A stretch of DNA of 64,000 nt, taken from assembly GCA_003971905.1 (NCBI GenBank), contig RSEE01000102.1, positions 62,001 through 126,000 on the forward strand, given 5' to 3'. The DNA comes from Moniliella sp. 'wahieum'. Taxonomy: Eukaryota. Under the pieces are notes generated by a model. That model was given only the letters and a program-made list of their open reading frames with translations, was not told the DNA's origin and searched no databases. A program made the position numbers and the translations under genes. Positions 40,601-51,879 of this stretch are shown piece after piece (positions within the stretch are counted from its first letter, which is position 1; each line of letters opens with the position of its first letter).

Positions 40601-43600
40601 TGCACGTAGTTTGGGATCCGAACTGAGCCGTCCCGACGGTTCCGTCGCTGCCGCGTCGGTGGCCTATGCCCCGTCGGAGAATATGTTTGCTGGATTGCCA
40701 GCTGGCGTGCGCAACGGTGCGTCGGGCCAAACCAACGCCGAGGATGGGGACGAGGAGGTGATGCGCAAACTGGGAGATGAAGAGGAAGGAGCAGTGGCGG
40801 TGGAAGAGGAAGCGACGTCGGCGCGTAAGGAATGGGTCGTATTACGTGGGCCTTGACCTTCTGGATCCCCAGCTTGGTTCTCAAGTGGTGCGGGATGAAG
40901 CGTTCGGACATTCGCCAGGCATGGCGGGAAAAGCTGGCCATCAACATGATGATCTGGCTTGTCTGCGGGTGCGCCGTCTTTGTGATCGCCGTCATGGGCC
41001 GCATCATTTGCCCCACCCAGCACGTGTACAACCAGCAAGAGTTTTCCAACCACAAGAACCCAGCCCATGCCTTTACGGCCATCCGGGGCGAAGTGTTCGA
41101 TCTGACCAAGGTAGCCAAGACCCACCTGTCTACGATTCCGTCGTGCCGAGCAAGCAGATTATGCGCTATGCGGGCCAAGATGCCACCCCCCATCTTCCCC
41201 GTGCAAGTCAATGCACTGTGCAACGGAGAGTGACGGGCTCCATCTCGCCCTGGGTTCAGCTCTCCTCGACCAACGAGACCGACACACAACATGCAGTACC
41301 ACGACTTCCGCTCCATTCACACCACGGATGCTCGCCCCGACTGGTACTACGAGCAGATGTGGGTGATGCGGTATACGGCCCGGGTGGGATTTTTGGGGTA
41401 CACCAAGTCGGGGTGAAAACTTTTGTTAGCGACGGCCGCATTGTGGCGATTTACGATGACAAGGTGTACGAGATTACCGATTATGTCAACCAGGGCGACC
41501 AAGGCGTGCTTCAGGCTCCGGACGGGCAGCAGGTACCCGATGGGATCAGCCCTGTGATCCTAGATCCATCGATCGTGCAGCTGTTCAAGTCCGCCCAAGG
41601 CGGCGACATTAGCAAGAAGATGCGCGATCTCAAGATCGACCCGGCTGTGATGGCGCGCCAAAAGGTCTGTCTTCGTAATCTGTATCTCATTGGCGAGGTG
41701 GATCATCGGAGCGATGCGGCTTGCAAGTTTGCCAATTACATCCTTCTTGCCCTGTCGATCTTTATGGTATCGATCATTGGCTTCAAGTTCTTGTCGGCGC
41801 TTCAGTTCTTCGCGCATCAGATGCCGCCCGAACAGGACAAGTTTGTTGTTTGCCAAGTGCCGTGCTACACTGAGGGTGACGAAGAGATCCGCAAGACGGT
41901 CAATTCCCTCGCTAGCCTCAAGTACGACGACAAGCGCAAGCTGCTCCTGATCATCTGCGACGGAATGATCGTCGGCAGCGGCAACGATCGTCCTACGCCG
42001 CGAATCGTGTTGGACGTATTGGGGGCCAATCGCAGGTGGACCCCGAACCGCTCTCCTTCCTCTCCCTAGGCGAGGGCACCAAGCAACACAATATGGCCAA
42101 GGTGTATTCGGGGCGTACGAGCATTTGGGCCACGTGGTTCCTACCTTGTTGTGGTCAAGGTGGGCAAGCCTAGCGAACGGTCCCGGCCAGGCAACCGGGG
42201 CAAACGGGATTCGCAGTTGATCCTCATGCGCTTTTTAACAAGGTCCATTTTGGTTCGCCCATGAACCCGATGGAGTTGGAGATGTATCATCAAATCAAGA
42301 ACGTGATTGGCGTCAATCCATCCTTTTATGAGTATGTGCTGCAAGTGGACGCCGATACCGTGGTGGACACCATGTGTCTTGCCCACTTTATTTCCTTTTT
42401 CTCCAAAGACAAGAAGGTCATTGGCCTTTGTGGCGAAACGGCCTTGAGCAACGCCAAGGAGAGCATCATCACTATGCTGCAAGTATACGAGTACTACATC
42501 TCGCACTACCTGACCAAAGCGTTCGAGTCGCTCTTCTCTTCCGTCACATGTCTTCCCGGCTGCTTTTCCATCTTCCGCCTTCGTACCCCGACCACATCGG
42601 CCCCTGTTTGTGGCCACCTCTGTGGTGGAGGAGTACAGTGAGAATCGGGTGGACACGCTGCACACCAAAACCTGCTCCATCTGGGCGAAGATCGGTACCT
42701 CACCACCCTGGTTCTCAAGCATTTCCTCAGTTCAAGACCCAGTTCTACAGCCCCGCCAAGTGCAAGACGACCGCACCCAATTCATGGCAGGTACTGTTGT
42801 CCCAGCGTCGTCGTTGGATCAATTCGACGGTGCACAATTTGTTTGAGCTGATTTGGACCCCGGGACTGTGTGGGTTTTGCTGTGTACGTCGTCCTCCATG
42901 CTTTGTGTACACTTGATTTGTTTTTGCGGCAAGGGAAGAGAGAACCGATGTATTGACACGTTCAACCTGCAGTTCTCCATGCGATTTATCGTCATGATCG
43001 ATCTTCTGTCTACAGTGATTGCACCTGTTACGGTGGCTTACATTGTGTACTTGATCGTCGTTGTTGCCACGCACGAAGGCAGTATCCCGCTCACCTCGAT
43101 CATCTCTCTGCGCCATCTACGGCCTGCAAGCGGTCATCTTTTCTCTGCATCGCAAGTTTGAGATGATTGGGTGGATGGTTGTCTACATTTGTGGCATCCC
43201 CGTCTGGTCCTCTTTCTCCCGCTCTACTCGTTTTGGCACATGGACGACTTTCCTGGGGCAACACGCGCGTCGTGACCGGCGACACGGGCAAAAAAGTAGT
43301 GATCCACGACGAGGGCACTTTTGATCCCACCGAAATTCCCCTCAAGACGTGGGCCGAGTACGAAAACCGAGTTGTGGGACCAAGGCTCCAACCGATCGGT
43401 CGGCTCCCTGCTCGACGCGCATACCGACTTGGACACCAAATCCGCCCAAGCGGGCTTCGCATCGGACTACGGCTCGGTGGCCAAGTCGTGGGCGTCGGGG
43501 TATGCGGGAAGCAACTTCGTGCCTCCCAAGGGGGAAGGCAGTCTGTTTGGCCACAGCCCCTGGGACGGGGCGGGGTCGGTGTATGGCGCGGCGGGCGTGC

Positions 43601-44056
43601 ATCTAGAGGGTTCGATGATGAGTGGGTACCCGCTGCCTGCGCCCGCCTTTTCGGGACAGGGAACGGTGCACCCAGCTGGCTACCCGTCGGGCGTGCCCAG
43701 CCCGTTGCACTATGGGCCCGGCTCGGTGCACCGTTCTCTTCCCTCGCGCTCGGTGCACAACGGATCGGGCCAAGGGTCCCACCTGGGTCACGGGTACGGC
43801 GGCTATGTCGGTCCGGGCGCGTGGCGGCGCCCGCATCGTTGCGCGAAGGAGGGTACGGTGTCCCGTCCGGCGCGCCGTCCGAGGCGGTTTGGAGGCGGAT
43901 GTGCGCGCGTTGCTTGCCTCGTCCGATTTGTCCGTCTTGACCAAGAAGCAGGTCCGACTGCAGCTGGAGCGCAAGTACGCCACGTCGCTCGCGGACCGCA
44001 AAGTGTGGTTGAACCAGACGGTGGAACGGTTGCTGGCGGAAACAATGGGAGCGTGA
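37677..44056 (+). CDS. Class V chitin synthase with N-terminal myosin motor, cytochrome-b5-like region, GT2 synthase domain and DEK_C (Mcs1/CsmA-type)
   Basis: P-loop [10 protein letters not shown] after an intron (~38270); [106 protein letters not shown]-terminal [15 protein letters not shown]. Confidence 0.96.
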
Positions 44057-44815
44057 TTTGTATCGATGCCCTGTGCATTTCTCTTCTCCTTTCTCTTTCT
44101 CTCGATCTCTCTTGGTCTTTTAACTTGAACAGTTGGGTTTTCTGTCGGCCTTCTCCGTTTTCTTTTGGTGGTGGCCTCTAGGGTGCAGCTGAATGTATAC
44201 ATCGGCATACGGCTGCCCTGGTGGCTCTCTTTTTCATCTTCTTTGGTCGCATGTCACAAAGCTTGCGGACTGAGTACTGTGATCCGTGGTCTTGGCGGTG
44301 AGGGGGGAGAGTTCGTTGATGGTTTGAGGCCTTTCAGACCTAGCCCCAGGCGTCGTATGGATGGATATGGTCCACCCCGGGTCTTTTATCCGCTCGTCGT
44401 ACATATTGCTTTTGAGGGACGCTGGGGGTTTCGTGATGGTTGCTGTGCTGCTGGAAAGGGGCGGGGACAGGCAGCGAGATGGACCTGTTCTCCATGGCTG
44501 GTGGGGCTCACCGACAGTTCTGCACACGTAGAAGAGATGCTCCTGCGAGCGGGCGTGCGAACGAAGTACAAAGAACGAAGAACGAATAGCGCCCCACCGC
44601 TCTTCGCCTCTTCTCGCTTCTCTCCTGGTGCGCAGCGTGTGGAAATGGTCGGTTGGGCGTCTCGAACCTGGCTTTCATTCTTGCTCCGCTGTGCCGCCGC
44701 CACGCGAAGGGGCAGCCGCTGACGTCACGGCACGGCGAGGGCAGCCGCACTCTCCCACCTCTGCTCCACCACCGCCGCGTCCCCCCCCCCACCTGCCTTT
44801 CCCACGGCGCGCAGC

Positions 44816-45722
44816 ATGGCCAAGTCCAAGTCCACGCCCGCCGCCGCCACCACATCCAATGCCAACCCCAAATCCAAATCCAAATCCAAATCCAAAACCA
44901 AGTCTGCACCGTCGCACGCCGAGCAAGGCGGGCGGCCCACGTGCTGGGTCCCGGTCGGGGGCACGCATGGTGTGGCCGCGCTTGGCGCCGCAGCCCGGGT
45001 TGGACCCCAGCTCGATCGACTGGCGCCTAGCAGACCAACTGGGGGTGGTGCACAACTTTTTCACTCGGCAAGAGTGCCATGCGCTGATCGAGGCGTGCGA
45101 TGCCCAGTCGTTCCTCCCCTCGCCGCCGCGCGACGAGGCGAAGCGAGTCGCAGCAACGAGCGCTGGTCATTGAGGACGTGCAGTTTGCCCATACCTTGTG
45201 GCAGCTGCTCGCGCCTGCCTGCCGTACCTGGGTGGGCAGCGAAGGAAAGATCAAAGGCTTGCATGCCACCGGTCTCAACTCCAACATTCGCGTGTACCGG
45301 TACCTGCCAGGCCAGGCGTTTGGCGCGCACTACGATGGTAGTGTGGTGGATACCATCACGGGCAAAAAGAGCGAGTGGACTCTGCTCATTTACCTCACGG
45401 GTGCACAAGATGGCGTGGTAGGCGGTGAGACGGTGTTTTACCAGGACCATACCAAGCGACCCGATAAGCAAATTGTCATGCCGCTCGAACGAGGCGCCGC
45501 ACTGCTCCACCGCCATGGCGATGTACGTCCCCCCCCCTCCCCTCCCCTCCGAGCGGCTGCGACGTGCGAGGATCGGTTGGTTGCTGACCTGGGTGGCGTG
45601 CCGGCGCGGCGGCGGTGGTGGGGGGGCACCGTGTGTGGGGACAGGCATGCATGCTGCACGAAGCACGCCCACCTACGGCCGGAGTCAAGTGGGTGCTCCG
45701 GTCGGACGTTACGTTCGGGTGA
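44816..45722 (+). CDS. 2OG-Fe(II) oxygenase, prolyl-4-hydroxylase-like
   Basis: HNFFTRQEC, R.NER, GLNSNIRVYRY..GQAFGAHYD (HxD), WTLLIYL, GGETVF, ALLHRHG, intron, then MLHEA..GVKWVLRSDV. Confidence 0.9.
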
Positions 45723-46649
45723 AGGGGGGGGAGGTCGGCTGGACCGGAGGGGATGGGATGGATGGGATGGACGGCTACGTAGTCCCAGCCACCGTGTCTG
45801 TCTCGCGGGGCACAGCACAACCCACTGGCCTTTTCTGCTATGCTATGGTCACGCAAATGGGTAGGAAAGGAGATGCGCCATTCCATGGCGGGGAGGACGC
45901 GGAGCCATCCAACGCCCATCTCGTCAACAAGGATAAGGATCGCACTTCTGCTTCATCAGAGGGTACCCCCTCACCGTGCGTTCCACCCCAGTGAACGCAG
46001 ACAGCACGAAGCTCGATAAGAACGCGGCGCTGGTGCCTGCGTTTGCTTCTGCCCCATCCTTGGGTGGGCATCATAAAAAAACAGATGGTACAAATTCTGC
46101 CTAGGCCAATCGCAGCGATCCGAACGCGATGAGCCGCATACAGCGCCCCAGGCTGGCACGGCCATCCCGCAGACCCAATCCAGATTAAGCGGGGCGGAGG
46201 GAACACAGCTACACCGACGTACCGACGTGCCGGGACATTCTGACCTGAGGAAGCGGCATCACCCCTCGATCGATCCCCCCCCCCCGGCCAGGCAAGGGAG
46301 CAGAGCGAGCCCAAAAGGGTCGCAGCGGGACAGGAACTGGGACCGAGAGCGGAGGAGCGAATGGACGCCATGCTATCCAGGCCGCTGCCGGACGGTTATT
46401 GACAGACGTGCGGCTGTGGGTCCGGGGGAGGCTGAATGCGGAGGTAGATCAGGCGGGCAGAGGCAGCGTTCAGAGGGAAGTGGTGGCGGTGCGTGTCGTG
46501 GCGGGAGGAAGAAGAAAGTGCGGTTGGGACCAAACAAGGAGCGCATGCAGGCTAAGAGAACGAAAGGGGGACAGGAACGGGTGCGAGGGGGTCGAGGGTG
46601 GACAGTGTTTTTCCTCCCAGGCGGCCGGCGAGGCGCAGGGGCGACGGTG

Positions 46650-47331
46650 GCCAACAGCGGAGACATGCGTGCAGCGACTTCTGCCTTGGACGTCAGATGC
46701 GCGTTAAGGGCAGCACGTCGGCCTGCTCCTGCTTGGTCTGGCGCACAGCACCAGACACAAAAAGCAGTTCCACACCACCCCGACCAAGTGCAGAACAGCA
46801 GACCGCATAGGGGCGGCACGAGACGCATCGTGATCACCTGCACTGGCACCCACACCGCCCACGATCGCTTGAGCGTCGGCCAAAAGTCGAGGTGGATCTT
46901 ACGTTTGGCGGCGTGGGTGCGGGCGCGGAGCGCATCGGGCCGCCACGCGCGGAAGCGCACGCGAGGCGCACCACGCACCACAGGCAAGGGCTGGAGCCAG
47001 GCAGTGTAAAGAGGAAAAGCAGCAGGCCAAAGGGCGACATGGTCAGCTGGTCCAGCGCGACCTTGGCCGCGGTGCCCCAGGGGACGCGCTCAATGACGGT
47101 GCCGAGCCAGACGTCCTGGAGGGGCGCAAAGACGGCGGCGCCATAGAGCGCGAGGCGGAGCGTGCGGCGGCGTCCCAGCGCGCGGGGGCGGTGGTGGTGA
47201 CGGTGGCGGTGGCGGTGGAGGAGCGGGGCGATGGACTGGGAGGACGTCGCTCAGGGCATAGAGCGCACCGGTGGTGGCGATGGCTGCTGTGCGTGGCGGT
47301 GGCTGCGTCGAGCAGGCGAGAGAAGGTCCAT
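46650..47331 (-). CDS. Mpv17/PMP22 family membrane protein (Sym1-like)
   Basis: TTGALYALSDVL, RTLRLALYG..FAP, KVALDQL.MSP, FWPTLKRSWAVWVPVQVITMRLVP. 3' end approximate. Confidence 0.85.
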
Positions 47332-47425
47332 TGTGGCGTGGGCGACGTTCTGGCGGTGCTGGGGTGGCTGCTGCCCGTCGCTCTCCCAGTCGCTCGCGAG
47401 CAGCTGCGTGCACTCGCGTGGGGTA

Positions 47426-47468
47426 TCACGTGCACCGTCACGTGTGGTGTCACGTGCACTGTCACGTG
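47426..47468. promoter_or_regulatory. Four TCACGTG E-boxes at 12-bp period in the SYM1/RING divergent promoter
   Basis: TCACGTG at 47426, 47438, 47450 and 47462. Confidence 0.65.
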
Positions 47469-47701
47469 TGCGGTCAGTGGGATGTGAAAGTTGCAGTGGC
47501 GCGGCTGAGGGGCGGCGGATGGAGGTTGAGATTGAATTTGATAGCCGCCTCGGCCTTGGCTCAGCCGCCCCGAACCCAATCGAAACCCATTGGCCGCTTT
47601 GCCCCTGGCCTGCTGCCGCCACCACCACCACCACACCACCCCCCATCCCCATCCCCACCACCACCACCTCCTCCACCTCCACCACCACCATCCCCCCCTC
47701 C

Positions 47702-49085
47702 ATGTCCGCCTCCACCCCCCACCCCCACCCCCAGCGCCCCTCAGCCGGGTTGGTGCCACGCATGCCAGCACACCGTCCCCTCGTCCAGCAGCCCCAGGGC
47801 CCCACCTGTCCCCAGTGCGGCAGCGACTTTGTCGAGCTCGTCAGCCCGCCTATGCCCCGCCCCGCCCATCGACCCCGCTTCCCCGGCCGACTCCATCTTC
47901 CCCACCTTCCTCCGCGCCCTCGGCACCACCGACCCCTCCGCCGCCCTGGCCGCCTCCAGCTCGGCCCCGTCACCATGGAATGGGTCGGTCCCTTGGCCTG
48001 CCCCCCGCCCTGCCTCCGCCTCCGCCCCTGCCTCCGCCTCTTCCTCCGCTGCCTTTTCCCCGCCCGCCCGCCCGTCCCCATCGGACACGAAACCTCGTTC
48101 GGGCCGCCAATGGACATTCGAGCCCATGGCAGGTCTGATGGGTTTGAATGGCGGGTCCACTGGGCCTGCCGACCCCGCCCGCGCGTCCCACGCCCCGTCG
48201 CCCGAGACGCCGACGCCGTCGGATGCTAGGATCTTGCTGGTGCGGCCGAGGGGCCCTTCGCGTTTTTCCGCAACCTGTCGGACTTCATGGAAGACATGCA
48301 AGACGGACGAGGGCCGGGTCCGTACCGGTTCACTGCGCCTGGCGGCCGAGCCGGCGGGACGGGGGACGCACCGCCGCCAGCGCGGGAGGACCCGATGGCG
48401 CACATGATGGAGTGGATGATGCCCTTTCGTGACTTGTCTTGCCCCAATCGCTTGAGGAGCTGTTCCGTGGCCAGGGCGGGGGCGAACCACCCGCATCGCA
48501 AGAAGCGATCGCTGCCTTGCCCCGGTTTAGTCGGGCGACAAGGCCCAGTTGGCCCAAGCTAAGAACCCGACCGAATGCCCCATTTGTACCGACGAGTTTG
48601 TCCCGCCGCCGGAGCTTCTTCTTCTGCCCCTGCTGCGCACGGCGGCGAAGAAAAGACGGACTCTGCACCCTCCGCCACCGCCGCGGCCACACCCCCCGAA
48701 GAAGGGTTTGACCCGACCATCCCGACGGACCAGGCGATGCTCTTGCCCTGCCAACACCTTTTCCATGCCACCTGCCTCGTGCCCTGGCTCAAGATGCACA
48801 ATACGGTCCTGTTTGCCGTGCGCAACTGCCCTCGTCGCAGCAGCCTCCGTTGGGCCCACGGTTGCGTTCCTTGTTTTGAGTCCTTCTGGTCCGACGCACA
48901 CGATGCGCACGACGCACACGATGCAACATGCGCCCGCAGCTCCGACAGCTACTGCTGCTTCGCCCACATCCAGTGCGTCTGCGCTCTGCTCCCCCGGCGC
49001 ATGGACCGAGCCGCGGCCGGACGCACAGCGCGGGACCGAGCGTCGGTCGGATTGGCATGCCGAAGGCCAAGATGATTTGGATTGA
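47702..49085 (+). CDS. RING-H2 E3 ubiquitin ligase with N-terminal zinc ribbon (RNF115/RNF126-like)
   Basis: WCHACQ..PTCPQCGSDFVE; PPASQEAIAALP; ECPICTDEF..LPCQHLFHATCLVPWLKMHNT. 3' end approximate. Confidence 0.87.
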
Positions 49086-49131
49086 ATCTTGAATCGCAGC
49101 CCTGAGCCGCCGATCACTGAGCTGCTGACGT

Positions 49132-49166
<35 letters not shown>

Positions 49167-49543
49167 CAGAGTCGACAGGGACTGGGGGGACTGAGTACGG
49201 AGTATGCTGTGCATTGCGTAGAGGCTGCGGGCGAGCGGGGAGCAGGCGTTGGGCATGTCCACTATACCTTTTCTTCGTATCTACGAGCGGGATGAGCCCT
49301 GTGGACCGCCCAGCATGCGTGCATTGTCCATTCCATTTGTACAGCACCTGACCCAGACGCGGACGTAGCGACAGGAGCGCAGATGGGTTCTCAAGTGGCT
49401 AACCCCATAAACGACCCCCCCCAGGTGCTTACCTCAGCACACAGCCGCCCGTGCGCCGCTCGCTGTCGGGCTGGCCGCGGCGCCCTCTCGCCACCACCAC
49501 CACCACCACCACCACCACCACCGTCGCTGCCCGCTCTCCCGCC

Positions 49544-51002
49544 ATGTCCGGTGCGCCCGACCCGTCTGTGCTGGCGCAGGCCGCGTTCGAAATCAGCAAC
49601 AACGTGCTCACGCTCCCGCCCGAGGACCTGGTGCTGGTGTACGACGCCGCGGCGCAGCAACGGCTCAGTGCCGCGCGGCCGTGGCAGGCGGACGCCGAGT
49701 GGTTTGTGCGCGTGCGCGTGTCCGTGGTGGCGCTGATCAAGATGGCGATGCATGCCAAGTCGGGCGGCGAGCTGGAGGTGATGGGCCTGCTGCAGGGCAA
49801 GGTGGATGAGGCGACGCGGACGTTGTATGTGATGGATGTGTTTGCGCTCCCGGTCGAAGGCACCGAGACGCGGGTCAATGCGCATGCCGAGGCGTACGAG
49901 TACATGGTCCAGTTTACCGAGACGTCGCACCAGGTCCAGCGCGGGGAGAACGTCATGGGCTGGTACCACTCCCTCCGGGGTACGGCTGTTGGCTCTCGGG
50001 GATTGACGTGGCGACACAGGCGCTGAACCAGACGTACAACGAGCCCTGGTTGGCCATCGTCGTCGATCCCAAACGCACCATGGCCGCGGGAAAGGTGGAA
50101 ATCGGAGCGTTCCGTACCTTGCCCGAAAACAGCAAGAAGACCGAACCGCGCGCGTACCAGTTCATCCCCTCCGCCAAGCAAGCCGACTTTGGCGTCCATG
50201 CCGATCGATACTATGCACTGCCAATCGAGGTGTTCAAAACCTCAACGGATGCGCATGTGCTCGCGCGGTTGTGGCACAAGTACTGGGTAGCCACCTTGGC
50301 TGATTCCCCCCTGGTCAACAATGCCCCTTTTTATGTGGGCCAACTCGCCCACCTCGCCCGCCGCTTGGACGGCGTCCAGAAAAGTTTGGCCCAGCAAGCT
50401 GCCGCGTCAGCGGCTCGGTTCAAGGAAGGTGAAATGTCCCTCCTTGCTTCCTCCTCAGCCCGCACCGAGGCCGCATCCGACGTTGCAGCTGCACAATGGC
50501 GTCTCCTGCCCCCGGGAACGACCGAACCGACCCCAACGGAGCAACCGACGACCAACTCCACTCCCGTACCGACCCGGTCGCCTCCCGCCCGGGCCCAGGC
50601 GCGGGAGGCGGTGCCGAAGCCACCCAAGAGCCACCAACGGAACCCCACAGTGCAGCTGCCGCCCTCCCGTCCCAATCCCAATCCCAATCCCAATCCCAAT
50701 CCCAGTCCCAATCCCAATCCCAGTCCCAGTCCCAATCCCAATCCCATTCCCAGCCCTCGCAATCCCAATCGCCTTCCCAGACCCAGACCCCGTTCCCGTC
50801 CGCATCGCAAGCCAAGACACAAGAGCAGATCCACACGCTGCTCACGGCGCTGCGGCAGCACCGGGACGAGCCTGGGCTGCAGCAAGTGGCCGGGGAGGCG
50901 CGCAAGGTGGTGGGAGACGCGCACTATGGTCTGCTGGCCCAAGTGGTGAAGGACCAGGTGTTCAACCAGGGTCGAGCAGGTATGCAGTTCCCGTCGCTCT
51001 GA
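49544..51002 (+). CDS. CSN5: COP9 signalosome subunit 5 (JAMM/MPN+ deneddylase)
   Basis: ALIKMAMHAKSGG..EVMGLLQG, FALPVEGTETRVNA..EAYEYM, GWYHS[H]PGYGCWLSGIDV.TQ (1-nt deletion), VVDPKRT.AAGKVEIGAFRT, DFGVHA..YYAL, LWHKYWV.TL, HYGLLAQVVKDQVF. Confidence 0.95.
50670..50770. repeat. (TCCCAA/TCCCAG)n hexamer tract inside CSN5
   Basis: More than a dozen tandem hexamers; reads as (SQ)n in the frame that reaches the conserved C-terminus. Confidence 0.95.
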
Positions 51003-51399
51003 GATTTGAATTCGCACGTCGGACGTCGCAGGTCGCAGGTCGCTGGTCGGAGAGGCTGTCCGACCTGCCGAACGTATCGTGGGCCACGCTCCCAGCAGCG
51101 AATAGGAGCGATGAGTCTATGATTTATGATCGGTTGAAGGACGTGTGACATGTGACGTGGGACCTGTGGAGCTCCCAAGATGTAGAATGAGATCTGACAG
51201 ACGAGGGAGCAGGTGTAACGCGGTAACGTGTACCGCGGTACCGTAGACACCTGCCCGTTCCAGCCCATCAATTTGAGTTGGGGAGGCAAACGCGGGTGGC
51301 GAGGACAAAGGACAAGGGCAAAGGGTAAGGCGGTAAGGAAGGGGCCAAGTAGGCCAAGGAGAAAAATACAGCGCGCGTGACACATCAGTAACATGCCGG

Positions 51400-51475
51400 C
51401 TCCAAGTTCCCAGTTCCAAGTTCCAAGTTCCCAGTTCCAGGTTTCAGGTTCCAAGTTCCAGGTTGTAAGTTCCAA
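51400..51475. repeat. (TTCCAAG)n degenerate heptamer microsatellite
   Basis: About 10 tandem units in the CSN5/cyclin convergent spacer. Confidence 0.9.
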
Positions 51476-51879
51476 GGGCCTTACGGTAGCACTCTAGCAC
51501 GCTACCACTCTGACTAGTGACTGCCTCTGTCCGAACGGACCCCCCCGTGCGCGGTGCGCGGTGCCGCGGCGGGCAGGGAAGGAACAGGAACGTGCAATGA
51601 TGGAGTATTGAATGGGGGCCTCACGGAACGGAAAGAGAAGGAAAGGAAAGGGAAGGGAAGAATATGACATTGGCGACGAACGGCGAACTGCCCGGCGAAC
51701 GGCGAACCAGGGTGGGGTAGATGCGTGGCGAGTATGGGTGAGGGACCAGGACAGCCAGGCCGGCAACGAAAGGGAGGGGAGGGAGGGAGGGATAAACAGA
51801 ATGCAAGGGGGGTGCGGGGGGGGGGAAGATGCGATGCTTCGAAAACTGATGGAAAACAAAGTGACCATTCTGGCCCGGT

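Noticed and set aside
49960..49985. CSN5 JAMM motif apparently lacking its second His (WYHSLRG)
   Set aside because: Adding one A restores TCC CAT CCG GGG TAC (SHPGY) and the downstream frame; consistent with the window-wide deletion errors.
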